From assembly GCA_025360745.1 (NCBI GenBank), contig JANYBP010000043.1, forward strand, positions 10,455 through 74,454: a stretch of 64,000 nt of DNA, written 5' to 3'. Shown in pieces: positions 40,201-49,589 of this stretch. The notes beneath the pieces are model-generated. The model was not told where the DNA came from and made no database searches. It saw only the letters and a list, made by a program, of their open reading frames with translations. The number at the start of each line of letters is the position of its first letter. The stretch's first letter is position 1. Source of the DNA: a bacterium. GTDB lineage: Bacteria > Verrucomicrobiota > Kiritimatiellia > CAIKKV01 > CAIYGI01. The translations under genes were made by a program, and so were the position numbers.

Positions 40201-41768
40201 TAGTTGAAAAGCAGTTGCGGTTTTTCCGACAGCACCGCCAGCGGAGTGTCGTTGCCCATGGACCCCGCCGGTTCGTGGGCGCGCGAGGCCATCGCCTCCA
40301 GAATGATATCCGTGTCTTCGCGGGTGTAGCCGAAGAGCTTTTGACGCTTCAAGAGTGTCTCCCGCCGCGGCGTCAGCGGGGCGATCGCGCCGAAGAGTCC
40401 CTGGATCGTCACGCGGTTTTCGTCCACCCAGCGGCGATAGGGCTGTTGCCGGGAAACGCTGGCCTTGATCTCGGCGTCGCCCATCACGCGATGGCGCAAT
40501 GTGTCCACCACAATCATCTGCCCCGGCCGCAGCGCGCCCTTGGACCGCACCTGCTCGGGCGGCAGGTCGAGCACGCCGGTCTCCGAGGCCAGCACCATGA
40601 AGCCGTCCTTGGCGATCGTGTAGCGCGCCGGGCGCAGGCCGTTGCGATCGAGCAGCGCCCCCACCAGCCGGCCATCGGTGAAAGCCACCGTGGCGGGGCC
40701 GTCCCACGGTTCCATCAGACCCGCGTGATACTCGAAAAAGCCTTTTTGATCCGGCCCCAGCGGATAGGCCTCGCCCCAGGCTTCGGGTATCGTCATCATC
40801 ATCGCATGCGGCGCCGCGCGGCCGCCGTTGATCAGCAGTTCCAGGACATTGTCGAGACAGGCCGAATCGCTGCCACCGGGGTCGATCACGGGCAGCAGTT
40901 TCTTGATGTCGGGTCCGAAGACATCCGACTCCAGCGCGTGCTCGCGCGCCGCCATCTGCTTCAGATTGCCGCGCAGGGTGTTGATTTCGCCGTTGTGCGC
41001 CAGGTAACGGAAAGGCTGGGCCAGTTCCCAGGATGGAAATGTGTTCGTACTGTAACGCTGATGGATCACCGACAGCGCGCTGGCGAAGCACTCGTCCTTC
41101 AGGTCGCCGTAAAACTCCGAGACTTGTCCGCCCATCAGCAGTCCCTTGTAAACCACCGTGCGGCAGGAACAACTGGCGATGTAAAAACGCGCATTGTCAT
41201 CGCCCAGCGCGCGCACGGCGCGCTCGGCCTGCTTGCGCAGCAGATAAAGTTTACGTTCCAGAGCCGCGCCGTTCACGCCCGGGGCTTCCAGGAAAGCCTG
41301 CATTACGAATGGCCGCATCCGGCGCGCCTCGGCGCCCAGTTCATGATCGTCCGTGGGCACGTCGCGCCAGGCGAGCAGTTTCAACCCCTCGCCCCGCGCG
41401 GCCTCGGCCAGCGCCTTCCGCACCGGCGCGCGCGCAGTCGGCGTGCGCGGCATGAAAACCATCGCCACACCGTAATTGCCGGCCGCCGGCAGAGTCACCC
41501 GCTGCGCGGCCAGTTCACGGCGGAAAAAGGCGTCGGGAATCTGCAGCAGCACGCCCGCCCCGTCGCCGGTCAGTTGATCTCCACCCACGGCGCCGCGATG
41601 CAGGAGGTTCTTGAGCACTTCGATGCTGCGCGCGACCAGTTCATGCGTCGGGCGGCCATGCAAATTGACCAGAAAACCGACGCCGCAACTGTCATGCTCG
41701 TTCGCGGGGTCGTATAACCCCTGCGCGACAGGCAACCCCATGACATTTCGCTGGCCAGATTCCAACAT
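37218..41768 (-). CDS. gltB: Glutamate synthase large subunit
   Basis: N-terminal Ntn amidotransferase (..[11 protein letters not shown]..). FMN and 3Fe-4S central domains. About 1515 aa. ATG 41768 preceded by AGGGAA. Overlaps gltD start by 8 nt. Confidence 0.9.
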   Translation of the reverse strand: MLESGQRNVMGLPVAQGLYDPANEHDSCGVGFLVNLHGRPTHELVARSIEVLKNLLHRGAVGGDQLTGDGAGVLLQIPDAFFRRELAAQRVTLPAAGNYGVAMVFMPRTPTARAPVRKALAEAARGEGLKLLAWRDVPTDDHELGAEARRMRPFVMQAFLEAPGVNGAALERKLYLLRKQAERAVRALGDDNARFYIASCSCRTVVYKGLLMGGQVSEFYGDLKDECFASALSVIHQRYSTNTFPSWELAQPFRYLAHNGEINTLRGNLKQMAAREHALESDVFGPDIKKLLPVIDPGGSDSACLDNVLELLINGGRAAPHAMMMTIPEAWGEAYPLGPDQKGFFEYHAGLMEPWDGPATVAFTDGRLVGALLDRNGLRPARYTIAKDGFMVLASETGVLDLPPEQVRSKGALRPGQMIVVDTLRHRVMGDAEIKASVSRQQPYRRWVDENRVTIQGLFGAIAPLTPRRETLLKRQKLFGYTREDTDIILEAMASRAHEPAGSMGNDTPLAVLSEKPQLLFNYFKQLFAQVTNPPIDPIREELVMSLMTFIGNPANIMNEVPQHARLIKLRHPILSNEDLERLRGLRLPGFRAETLPAGFPAGGTGADLELALDALCRGAEAAVTDGKTILILSDRDLPEAQAPIPALLAVSAVNQHLLRRRLRTGAGLIVESGEPREVMHMALLLGYGATAINPYLAYETVVVLGESKALAGEIGPAKALENYTAAINEGLRKIMSKMGISTLRSYRSAQVFEAVGLNRTVLDKYFTGTASRVEGIGLDTIGDEANARHRAAWAPPPDAPQMLADGGRYKYRVDGERHLWSPDSIRLLQQATRANDYAMFKQYAALINDQTQKQSTLRGLFRFKAQPVVPLEEVEAVETIVKRFMTGAMSFGSISREAHETMAIAMNRIGALSNSGEGGEDPARYAPLPNGDNRCSGIKQVASGRFGVTAEYCVNCRELQIKIAQGAKPGEGGQLPGHKVNAEIARVRYATPGVTLISPPPHHDIYSIEDIKQLIYDLKNINPRARVSVKLVSELGVGTVAAGVAKARADAVLISGYDGGTGAAPLSSIQHAGAPWELGLAEAQQTLVLNNLRGCIRVLVDGQLKTGRDVAIGALLGAEEFGFATAPLVVLGCLMMRKCHQNTCPVGVATQDPALRKLFKGRPEYLVNFFRFIAQELREIMAQLGLRTLDEMVGRSDLLEMNDAIAFNKARGLDYSRILFRPESDGPFHCTKAQNHGLEDALDRQLLPQALPAIEARRPVEVRSPIRNVHRTVGTMIAGEIARRYGHAGLPDDTVTLRFQGTAGQSFGAWAAKGLTLVLEGEANDYVGKGLSGGRIVVKPPAGSDYDPAANIIAGNVLLYGASCGECYICGAVGERFAIRNSGAWAVVEGVGDHGCEYMTGGRVVVLGRTGLNFAAGMSGGIAYVYDEDRLFDTRCNLSMVDLEPVARPGDIGELKKMLERHLSFTGSRRAGEILADFDNRLPCFVKVFPMEYRRVLGQMMPEDAETEREEVVHG

Positions 41769-42021
41769 AACTATTCCCTGGAAAATGCGTGTACCGCGTC
41801 GCCGCTCTGGCTTTGACTGTATAATTCCGGCGGGGCATTTGTCAAATGAAGGCAACCGCTCTGACGCTGCTTGTCGGTGGCGTGGCGGCCCACCCGGGTG
41901 CGAGCGGGGATGCAAGCGGGACGCTTGCACCACGAAACTTCAACCCGCATTATTGATTACGATGGCGCTTTCGTACTTTGCTTTTATGCATCATACGACT
42001 AACATCCCCGCCTCTTTCGCC

Positions 42022-43191
42022 ATGATTCAATCGAAACCCATCCGCCGCCGCCCCGCCGCCGCCAGTCAAGGCCCATCTTCGTTCGCCACAATCATGCTCT
42101 GGGCCGCCCTCGGCATCGTCGTGGCCTTCGCCATACTAATGCTGGCCGGGCGCCCCGCCCACCCGCCCGCGCATGTCCTGCCGCCGGGCGGCGTGACAAC
42201 CAACAGCGCGGCGCCAGCCGTTACCAACGCGCCGGTGCAACCGAGCCTGGGTAATGCGGGGTTCCCGACGCCGCAAACCAATCTGCTGGCCGCCAATCCG
42301 GCGGGCATCTTCATGCCCACGGGCACGGGCAACCCGAACTCCGGCCTCTTCGGCTCCGTCCGCACGCAATCCTCGGGCGCCGCGCAATTTCATGAAGGCG
42401 TCGACATCGCCCCCGTCCAAAAGGGGCGCGGCGGGCTGGCGCTCGACGATGTAACCGTCATCGCCGACGGCACGCTGGCCTATCTCAACCGCGCCACCGG
42501 CAACTCGAACTACGGCCGCTATGCGGTCGTTCTACACAGCGACCCGCTGGGCGAGGTTTATACCCTGTACGCCCACCTGGCCGATCTGACGCCCGGCCTG
42601 GCGCCCGGCCAGGCCCTGCGCCGCGGCGCGGTGTTAGGCCGCATGGGCCACAGTTCATCGGGCGCCATCCCGCTCGAACGAAGTCACCTGCATTTCGAGA
42701 TCGGCCTGCTGTTGAACCGCCGCTTCGACGCCTGGTTCCATGCCCAGCGCCTGACTCCAGACCACGGACTCTATAATGGCTGGAATCTGGCCGGCGTGGA
42801 TCCGCTGGCCTTCTATCGGGCGCGCGACGAGGAGACCGAACTTTCATTCGCGCGTTTTATGGATCGCGTGCCCGCCGCCTTCGAGGTGATTTTACGCGCC
42901 CGCGCGCTGCCCGGCTTTTTTCAGCGCTACCCCGCGCTCTGGCGGGGCGCCAGGGAAACCGGCCGGGCCATCGTGGTGCGGGCCAGCGAGAACGGCGTGC
43001 CGCTCGGCGGCCGCGCGGCCACCCCCGCGGAAGCCGGACGCCTCGGTCGCGCCGCCGCGCAAGTGCTGAGCGTCAACGCCGCCGCACTCGGCCGCAACGG
43101 CGCGCATCTCGTGGCCGGAGGACGCGGCGGCTGGACGCTGGGCAAGGCCGGCGAACAGTGGCGCCAGATCCTGCTCTACCCGCAACCTTGA
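42022..43191 (+). CDS. M23 family metallopeptidase (membrane-anchored)
   Basis: HEGVDIA ... HLHFEI M23 zinc motifs. N-terminal signal anchor. Alternative start at 41962. Confidence 0.8.
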   Translation: MIQSKPIRRRPAAASQGPSSFATIMLWAALGIVVAFAILMLAGRPAHPPAHVLPPGGVTTNSAAPAVTNAPVQPSLGNAGFPTPQTNLLAANPAGIFMPTGTGNPNSGLFGSVRTQSSGAAQFHEGVDIAPVQKGRGGLALDDVTVIADGTLAYLNRATGNSNYGRYAVVLHSDPLGEVYTLYAHLADLTPGLAPGQALRRGAVLGRMGHSSSGAIPLERSHLHFEIGLLLNRRFDAWFHAQRLTPDHGLYNGWNLAGVDPLAFYRARDEETELSFARFMDRVPAAFEVILRARALPGFFQRYPALWRGARETGRAIVVRASENGVPLGGRAATPAEAGRLGRAAAQVLSVNAAALGRNGAHLVAGGRGGWTLGKAGEQWRQILLYPQP

Positions 43192-43243
43192 AAACCAGAC
43201 GTTTCGTAGCCTGGAGGGACGACCTCCGTGTCATCCGTATCGG

Positions 43244-43645
43244 CTACTCCACCCAGGGACTCTGCCTGCTCTCCGGCGTGTAACAATGCAGTTCGATCTT
43301 GTTTCCGTCGGGATCGGCCAACCATGCCTGCCAACTCCGGTCCTTGCCCAGTTTCGGGTCGCTCACTTCCACCCCCTGGCCGCGCAGCGCCGCCACCGTC
43401 GCGGGCAGATCGTCCACCTCCAGGCAAATATGCTTAAAGGACGCTTGCGGAACCGCCGGTTGCACGACCCCCTGGAATATCTCGATGAATGAGCGCCGCC
43501 CGATTTTAAGGTAAGCGCCGAAACGCTGCCCATCCTCCTTCACGAAATCGAAAGCCGGCTTGCATCCCAGCTTGCCGCAATAAAACTCCACACTGCGGTC
43601 CAAATCAGCCGCGTTGAAACAAACATGCGCCAATCCTGTAATCAT
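43244..43645 (-). CDS. VOC family protein (glyoxalase/bleomycin-resistance fold)
   Basis: HVCFNAADLDRSVEFY ... HICLEVDD ... IELHCY paired beta-alpha-beta-beta-beta modules. Confidence 0.8.
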   Translation of the reverse strand: MITGLAHVCFNAADLDRSVEFYCGKLGCKPAFDFVKEDGQRFGAYLKIGRRSFIEIFQGVVQPAVPQASFKHICLEVDDLPATVAALRGQGVEVSDPKLGKDRSWQAWLADPDGNKIELHCYTPESRQSPWVE

Positions 43646-43661
43646 GGGGCGTTCTCCAAAA

Positions 43662-43735
43662 GGGTGCAGGGTTCAGGGTTCAGGGTTCAGTGTGCAGGGT
43701 TCAGTGTGCAGGGTTCGGGGTTCAGGGTTCGGGAA
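43662..43735. repeat. Heptanucleotide microsatellite, (GGGTTCA)n about 9-10 units with GTGTGCA variants
   Basis: cagggttcagggttcagggttcagtgtgcagggttcagtgtgcagggttcggggttcagggttcggg, immediately upstream of the VOC gene start. Confidence 0.85.
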
Positions 43736-43783
43736 ATCTTACAGGATGTTTGGAAGGCATGCTAGAGACGAATAGCGCGGAAC

Positions 43784-43917
43784 GTAATGGGTCAGTTACG
43801 CGGTGGGACCGCCTGAAGGCGGTACACCAAACGCGGGAATAATAAGAAGTAATGCCGTTTGGTGTACCGGCTTTAGCCGGTCTTTAGTCCACCTCCCCTA
43901 TGTCACTGACCCATTAC
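43784..43917. mobile_element. MITE-like miniature inverted-repeat element (134 bp) with 13-bp TIRs and 8-bp flanking direct duplication CGCGGAAC
   Basis: Left: cgcggaac|gtaatgggtcagt... Right: ...actgacccattac|cgcggaac. Internal nested hairpins (ggtacaccaaacg...cgtttggtgtacc; ccggctttagccgg). Confidence 0.6.
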
Positions 43918-43975
43918 CGCGGAACCTGGAAACCCTATTGGCGCAGGATGCCGGCGGGTGTATTCTGAGCACGCC

Positions 43976-44818
43976 ATGCGGCCACCAACTTTTACACGCC
44001 ATGTTCTCGTCGTCGCCGGTGTTCACCTGGGGATGCTGGCGCTGGTGATTCTGATTTCCGTGATCCCTGGCTGCGTCTCGCTGCCGCCGCCTAACAGCCC
44101 GGTGGAATTGATCGTCGAGATTCCCGAACATGAAATGGGACCAGATACGCCGCCGGACCAAAAGACCGATCAGAAGGCCGCGCCCGATCGGATCAAAGAG
44201 GTCAAACCGGAACCGATACCTCTAAACGACAAACCAAAGCAAGATGCTCCCAAGGACGAGGAGGCGATTCCGGAGATCAAGGACAAGCCGAAAGATACGG
44301 TCAAGTCCGATAAGGAGCCGAAGAAGACCAAGACGATCGAAATCAGCCACAAGATTGTCCGTCGCACGCTGAACCTGCCCGAAGCGACCAGCAAACGTAA
44401 AACGACGCTCACCCCGGATGAAATCCGCCAGCTGCTTATCCACGGCGCCACACCCGGAAAACGCGCCACCTTCTCCGACGCCGACATGCGCCGTCTGGCA
44501 AACTCCGACCTGCGTTTCGGACGCGGGGTCGAGATGTCGCGCGACTTGCTCAACTTTGACCAGATCAAACAGATTTTGTTAGGAGCTTGGCAGCAACCTG
44601 GATCGGTGGACATCAATGGATTGATGACAACGGTTCAAATTTCGCTGCGCGCCGACGGCAGGCTGGTCAGTAGTAGCATCGTCAAGGCTTCCGGCAATCC
44701 CCTGATGGATCAATCGGTCATGCAGGCAGTTCGTTCCGTGGTGCGCATTCCCGGCGTGCCCGCGGAATTTCTATCCGCACACCCGAATATCGAAATTGTC
44801 TTCGAATCGCGCAAATAA
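43976..44818 (+). CDS. TolA/TonB-family energy-transducer protein (probably TolA, given the adjacent tolB-pal)
   Basis: N-terminal TM anchor. Long Pro/Lys/Glu/Asp-rich spacer. C-terminal approx 90 aa TonB_C/TolA-like domain. Alternative start at 43958. Confidence 0.65.
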   Translation: MRPPTFTRHVLVVAGVHLGMLALVILISVIPGCVSLPPPNSPVELIVEIPEHEMGPDTPPDQKTDQKAAPDRIKEVKPEPIPLNDKPKQDAPKDEEAIPEIKDKPKDTVKSDKEPKKTKTIEISHKIVRRTLNLPEATSKRKTTLTPDEIRQLLIHGATPGKRATFSDADMRRLANSDLRFGRGVEMSRDLLNFDQIKQILLGAWQQPGSVDINGLMTTVQISLRADGRLVSSSIVKASGNPLMDQSVMQAVRSVVRIPGVPAEFLSAHPNIEIVFESRK

Positions 44819-44829
44819 AGGAACCTCAC

Positions 44830-46023
44830 ATGCTGAAACGTCGTACTTTGATCGCCTTAACCCTCGCCGCGCTGCCATTGCTTGCTCACGCACAGGATAT
44901 CTGGATCACCAAGAACATGTCGGCCAAGTTCTCGATAGACCTGACCGAACTGCGCGCCTCCGCCGGCGGGGGTGCGCTCTTCGTGCAGACCCTGCAAAAC
45001 GACCTGGTGCGCTCAGGCTGGTTCAGCATCGCCCGCCCGGCCACCTTCACCGTGCGCGGCAGCGCCGCAGCCGGGGCCGGCATGAGCGCGGCCTGCGAAC
45101 TTTTGGACAACAGCCGCAACCGCGCGCTGTTGAACAAAGCCTACAACGGGACCGCCGCCGAAACCCGCCGCCTGGCCCACCAGGCCGCCGACGACATCGT
45201 TTTCGCCGCCACCGGCAAGAAGGGCATGAACGGCGCGCGATTGCTGCTCGCCGGCCGCATGGGCGGCGGCAAGGAAATCTTCCTGTGCGACGCCGACGGC
45301 GGCAACTTGCGCCAGATCACCCACGACAACTCCATCAGCCTGGCGCCGCAGTGGGCGCCGAATGGCGAACTTTTCGTCTACACCTCCTTCCGCCGCAACA
45401 ACTTTCAGGAGATCAACCTCGTGGACCTGCGCACCAACCAGCGCACCGTCATCGCCGCCTATCCCGGCATCGATATGACCGGCGGCGTTTCGCCCGATGG
45501 CGGCAGTGTGCTGATGACCCTTTCCAAGGATGGCAATCCCGACATCTATGTGCAGGGCCTGCGCGGCGGCGCCCCCATCCGGCTCACCAAGTCCATCCAC
45601 GCCGGACAGGCCAGCCCCTGCTGGTCGCCCGACGGCAACGCCATCGCCTATGTCTCCGACCATTCCGGCCAGCCGCAGCTTTACCTGATAAGCCGCGGCG
45701 GCGGCGCCGGCAAACTGCTGACCAGTCGCGGCTCGCAAAACGTGGCCCCCGACTGGGGCGGCGAAGGCATCGCTTATTGCAGCCGCCGCGGCGGACGTTA
45801 TGTGGTCTGCGTCATCAACCCCGCCACGCGCGAGGACCGGCAAATCAGTCCCGGCGACTGCGATTACGAGGACCCCAGTTGGGCGCCCGACGGGCGGCAT
45901 ATTTTCTGCACCCGCACCTCGGGCTATCGGTCGACAATTTGCATGCTTGACACAATGGGAGACGCGCCTCTAGCATTGCCCCTTGGTAACGGTGATTGGA
46001 CATCGCCCGCCTGCATGCGTTAG
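44830..46023 (+). CDS. tolB: Tol-Pal system beta-propeller protein TolB
   Basis: Signal peptide. N-terminal TolB domain. Repeated beta-propeller blades (SPDG...YVS; WSPDGN..; WAPDGR..). Confidence 0.9.
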   Translation: MLKRRTLIALTLAALPLLAHAQDIWITKNMSAKFSIDLTELRASAGGGALFVQTLQNDLVRSGWFSIARPATFTVRGSAAAGAGMSAACELLDNSRNRALLNKAYNGTAAETRRLAHQAADDIVFAATGKKGMNGARLLLAGRMGGGKEIFLCDADGGNLRQITHDNSISLAPQWAPNGELFVYTSFRRNNFQEINLVDLRTNQRTVIAAYPGIDMTGGVSPDGGSVLMTLSKDGNPDIYVQGLRGGAPIRLTKSIHAGQASPCWSPDGNAIAYVSDHSGQPQLYLISRGGGAGKLLTSRGSQNVAPDWGGEGIAYCSRRGGRYVVCVINPATREDRQISPGDCDYEDPSWAPDGRHIFCTRTSGYRSTICMLDTMGDAPLALPLGNGDWTSPACMR

Positions 46024-46094
46024 CGGCGGCGTATCGGTTTTTTTGAACGGAAACTTAAGCGAACAGAGATACACGAGCAAACAGGGAGAGAATC

Positions 46095-46631
46095 ATGACG
46101 GCGAAAACTTGGATCATGGCGGCATTGGTGGTTTCGGTGGCGGTCACGTTTGGCACCGGATGCAAACGCACGAAGGTCAAACCCGGATCGGGTCTGGGGC
46201 AAAACAGCGAGCTGCTGAACGGCACGGGCGGAACCGGGCTGGATGGGAATGGCTTGCCTGGCCGTCCTGGCTTCGACGGCGCGCTCGTCAACGGCCAATT
46301 CCCGACCGTATTTTTCGATTTCGACAGCGCCCAGGTTAAGGAGGGCGAACGCGCCAAGGTCGCGCAGGTGGCCGAGTACCTGAAGGCCAACGCCGGCGCC
46401 ACGGTCGTGCTGAGCGGCCACACCGACGAACGCGGCAGCCAGGAATACAACACCTCGCTGGGCGAAAACCGCGCCCTGGCCGTGCGCGAGGCGCTGACGC
46501 AGGACGGTGTGGACGCCGCCCGTATGCAGACCCGCAGCATGGGCGAAGAGCAGCCCAAGAATCCCGGCCACGACGAAGCCGCATGGTCGCAGAACCGGCG
46601 CGTCGAGTTCCAGGTGCTGGGCAGCAAGTAA
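46095..46631 (+). CDS. pal: Peptidoglycan-associated lipoprotein Pal (OmpA family)
   Basis: Lipobox TFGTGC. OmpA-like VVLSGHTDERGSQEYNTSLGENRALAV...RVEF. Confidence 0.9.
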   Translation: MTAKTWIMAALVVSVAVTFGTGCKRTKVKPGSGLGQNSELLNGTGGTGLDGNGLPGRPGFDGALVNGQFPTVFFDFDSAQVKEGERAKVAQVAEYLKANAGATVVLSGHTDERGSQEYNTSLGENRALAVREALTQDGVDAARMQTRSMGEEQPKNPGHDEAAWSQNRRVEFQVLGSK

Positions 46632-46759
46632 CGCTCTGCGCCTCGCCTGAGGCGCACGGTCGGGGCGGAGTCCAAACGGACTTCGCCCTGCTTGTTTTAA
46701 GCTCTCGCCTGCCGTAGCATGACGGCATGAACGGTATGCCAATACCATTCCATCTGGCG

Positions 46760-47254
46760 ATGTTCTTCGGGTCCGACGGCCCCATGGAATGGATGATCGT
46801 TGCCCTGGCCGTGCTGATGCTCTTCGGCAGCCAGCGCCTGCCGGACATGATGCGCACCCTGGGTCGCCTGAGCGCCAAGCTTTACCGCGCCCGCGACGAG
46901 TTTCGCAAAGAATTTCAGAAAGCCATCGAACTGCCGGATGAATCGGAGGTCGGAGATCGGAGGCCAGAGGTCGGAGATCGGACATCGGAAGTCGGAAGTC
47001 AGCGGGCGGAGGTCGGAGAGCATCCCGATATGACATCCTGTCTACCTCAATCCAATTCTAAACTCCAACTTCCGGCATCTTCCATCCCGACGGCTGACGT
47101 TCAACATCAATCCTTCGAACTTTCGAATACCACCGCCGACCCATCACATTCCACCCTCCACCTTCCACCCTCCACCCTTTACCCTCCACCCGGCCCCGCT
47201 GACCTCAAACCTACGGCCACCGGACCAGGCCATACCTCGGAGTTCGAGGTATGA
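46760..47254 (+). CDS. tatA: Sec-independent translocase TatA/TatB-family protein with extended repeat-containing C-terminal tail
   Basis: MEWMIVALAVLMLFGSQRLPDMMRTLGRLSAKLYRARDEF is a TatA/B TM plus amphipathic helix signature. The tail has EVGDR-type repeats (46936-47010) and a STLHLPPSTLYPPP segment (47150-47200). Stop overlaps tatC start. Confidence 0.75.
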   Translation: MFFGSDGPMEWMIVALAVLMLFGSQRLPDMMRTLGRLSAKLYRARDEFRKEFQKAIELPDESEVGDRRPEVGDRTSEVGSQRAEVGEHPDMTSCLPQSNSKLQLPASSIPTADVQHQSFELSNTTADPSHSTLHLPPSTLYPPPGPADLKPTATGPGHTSEFEV

Positions 47255-48051
47255 GCATGCCGGATGCATACAATGGTCGTTTGCCGGAAGTGCCGGAGGC
47301 TCCCGTAGAGGGCGGCCCCTACAAACCTTTTTTGGGACATCTGGAGGACCTGCGCCGCATGCTCCTGCGCAGCGCCACGATCGTCGCGCTTTTGTTTTGC
47401 GCGGCCATGGCTTTTGCGCCGCAACTCTTTGCATTCTTAAAATGGCCCCTGCGCCGGGCGGCGATCGATCCTGATCGTTTCCTGCTCGCCTTCACCGTGA
47501 CGGGCGGTATTCAACTATGGATGCAGATGGCTTTTGGGGCGGCGATTGTGGCCAGCGCGCCACTTTTGCTGGCGCTCTGGACGGCCTATCTACTGCCCGC
47601 GCTGAGAAAGCGCGAGCGGCAGTTGCTGGTTCGCGGATTGTTGCTCGGCGCCCTGCTTTTTCTTGCCGGCGCCGCGCTCGCCTTCCTGGTTTTGCTGCCA
47701 CCCACCCTGCGCGTGATGCTGGATATTTACGCCTGGCTGGGCATACCGGTGACTTTCTGGACGGTGGACGATTATGCCGGCTTCTGCCTGAAACTGATGC
47801 TGGCCTTCGGCATCACTTTCGAGATGCCAGTTTTATTGCTGGCACTGGGTTATCTCGGCATCGTCACCGCCGCCCAATTGGGGCGCTTCTGGCGGCATGC
47901 CATCGTGATCGCGCTGATCGTATCCATGGTCGTCACGCCCACCACTGACCCCGTCAGCCAACTCGTGCTGGCCGCCCCGCTGGTGCTGCTCTATGCGCTC
48001 AGCATCCTGCTGCTCTGGCGGCACGAACGACGACAGGCGGCGGGGATGTGA
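47251..48051 (+). CDS. tatC: Twin-arginine translocase subunit TatC
   Basis: Six TM helices. LEDLRRMLLRS TatC N-terminal motif. Confidence 0.9.
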   Translation: MSMPDAYNGRLPEVPEAPVEGGPYKPFLGHLEDLRRMLLRSATIVALLFCAAMAFAPQLFAFLKWPLRRAAIDPDRFLLAFTVTGGIQLWMQMAFGAAIVASAPLLLALWTAYLLPALRKRERQLLVRGLLLGALLFLAGAALAFLVLLPPTLRVMLDIYAWLGIPVTFWTVDDYAGFCLKLMLAFGITFEMPVLLLALGYLGIVTAAQLGRFWRHAIVIALIVSMVVTPTTDPVSQLVLAAPLVLLYALSILLLWRHERRQAAGM

Positions 48052-49589
48052 GGAAACAATCCCATTCAACGCCTATTCTGGAGATGCGCGGCATCGGCAA
48101 GTCGTTTGCAGGTGTGCGGGTGCTGGATGATGTTCAATTGACCCTCTATGCCGGCGAGACGCATATCCTGGCCGGCGAAAACGGAGCCGGCAAAAGCACG
48201 CTGATCAAAATTCTGGCCGGCATTTATACAGAGTTCACGGGCGAAATCAGCTTCAACGGCCGGCCGGTGCGCTTCAAAAATCCGCAGGCCGCATCCGCAC
48301 TGGGCATCCGCGTAATTCATCAGGAACTCTCGCTGGTGCGCGAGATGAGCGTGCTCGACAACCTTTTTCTGGGCCGCGAGTTGTGCCGCTATTCCATGCT
48401 GCGCCGCAAGACTCAGCGCGAACAGGCCGCGGCGCTCTTGCAACGTCTGGGGCTCGATCTCGACCTTCAGCGTACCGCCGGTTCCTACCCCCTGGGTCTG
48501 CAGCAGATGATCGAAATCGCCAAGGCCCTGCTGGGCGATGCCGTCGTGCTGATTCTTGACGAACCCACCAGCGCCCTGACCGGAATCGAGGCGGAGAAGT
48601 TGTTTGCCTTCATGGCGGCGCTCAAAGAGCGCGGTTGCGCGCTGATCTATATCTCGCACAAGATGGAGGAAATCTACCGGCTGGCCGACCGGATCACCGT
48701 GCTGCGCGACGGACGTTGGATCGGCAGCGAACGGGCTGACGCTTTGCCGCGTGCGGAGATGATCCGCTGGATGGTGGGACGCGAGTTGACAGGGCATTTC
48801 CCGGCGCGTCCCGCCCTTGTGCCCGGCGCGCCGGCGCTTTTGCGAGTAACCGGCTTCAGCGTGGCCGATCCGGCCGGCAAACGCGATTTTGCCGTCAGGG
48901 ATCTATCGCTCGAAGTCCGGCGCGGGGAGATCGTGGGCTTGGCCGGACTTCAGGGCGCGGGCAACTCGGAGCTGTTGCTTGGTCTTTTTGGCGCTTACCC
49001 GGGCGGCGTGCGCGGCCTGATGGAGGTGGAAGGAAAGCGTCTGACGCCGGGCTCGCCCGCCATGGCCATCGCCGCCGGACTGGCGCTGGTCACCAACGAC
49101 CGCAAGCAGACCGGACTGATCGCCGATCACAGCATCCGCTGGAATCTCACCCTGGCGGCCTTGCGGCGCTTATCGCCCGCCGGCTGGCTGCGGCCGCGGC
49201 GCGAAAGGGCCTGCGCTGCGGATTATCTCGAACGACTGGCGATTCGCGCGGCATCGTCCGATCAACCAGTGGCGACACTATCGGGCGGCAATCAGCAAAA
49301 GGTCGTGCTAAGCAAGTGGCTCGCGACACAGCCGCGCGTGCTGTTGTTGGATGAACCGACACGCGGAGTCGACATCGGCGCCAAGCATGAAATTTACGAA
49401 TTGATGAACCAATGGACCGCGCAGGGACTGGGCATTTTGCTGATCACCTCGGAAATGCCCGAATTGCTGGCGCTGTCGGACCGGATTCTGGTAATGCATG
49501 GCGGTCGCGTCACGGCGGAACTTTCGCGCCGGACAGCCACGCCCGAAGGCATCATGCGGGCGGCCATGGGAGAGGAAGCGGCGGCATGA
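48048..49589 (+). CDS. Sugar ABC transporter ATP-binding protein (tandem ABC domains, ribose/xylose/galactose type)
   Basis: Two Walker A (GENGAGKST; GLQGAGNSE) motifs, two LSGG signatures and Walker B. Start ATG overlaps tatC stop. Confidence 0.9.
   Translation: MRKQSHSTPILEMRGIGKSFAGVRVLDDVQLTLYAGETHILAGENGAGKSTLIKILAGIYTEFTGEISFNGRPVRFKNPQAASALGIRVIHQELSLVREMSVLDNLFLGRELCRYSMLRRKTQREQAAALLQRLGLDLDLQRTAGSYPLGLQQMIEIAKALLGDAVVLILDEPTSALTGIEAEKLFAFMAALKERGCALIYISHKMEEIYRLADRITVLRDGRWIGSERADALPRAEMIRWMVGRELTGHFPARPALVPGAPALLRVTGFSVADPAGKRDFAVRDLSLEVRRGEIVGLAGLQGAGNSELLLGLFGAYPGGVRGLMEVEGKRLTPGSPAMAIAAGLALVTNDRKQTGLIADHSIRWNLTLAALRRLSPAGWLRPRRERACAADYLERLAIRAASSDQPVATLSGGNQQKVVLSKWLATQPRVLLLDEPTRGVDIGAKHEIYELMNQWTAQGLGILLITSEMPELLALSDRILVMHGGRVTAELSRRTATPEGIMRAAMGEEAAA

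Noticed and set aside
37905-41717. 1270-aa ORF antisense to gltB
   Set aside because: Open only because high GC depletes stop codons. Arg/Ala/Gly-rich with no domain features. gltB on the other strand has unambiguous glutamate synthase motifs.
43662-43735. Telomere-like interpretation of the GGGTTCA tract
   Set aside because: Internal position in a circular-type bacterial gene neighbourhood, a single tract, and the unit is not a known telomeric repeat. A promoter microsatellite is the conservative reading.
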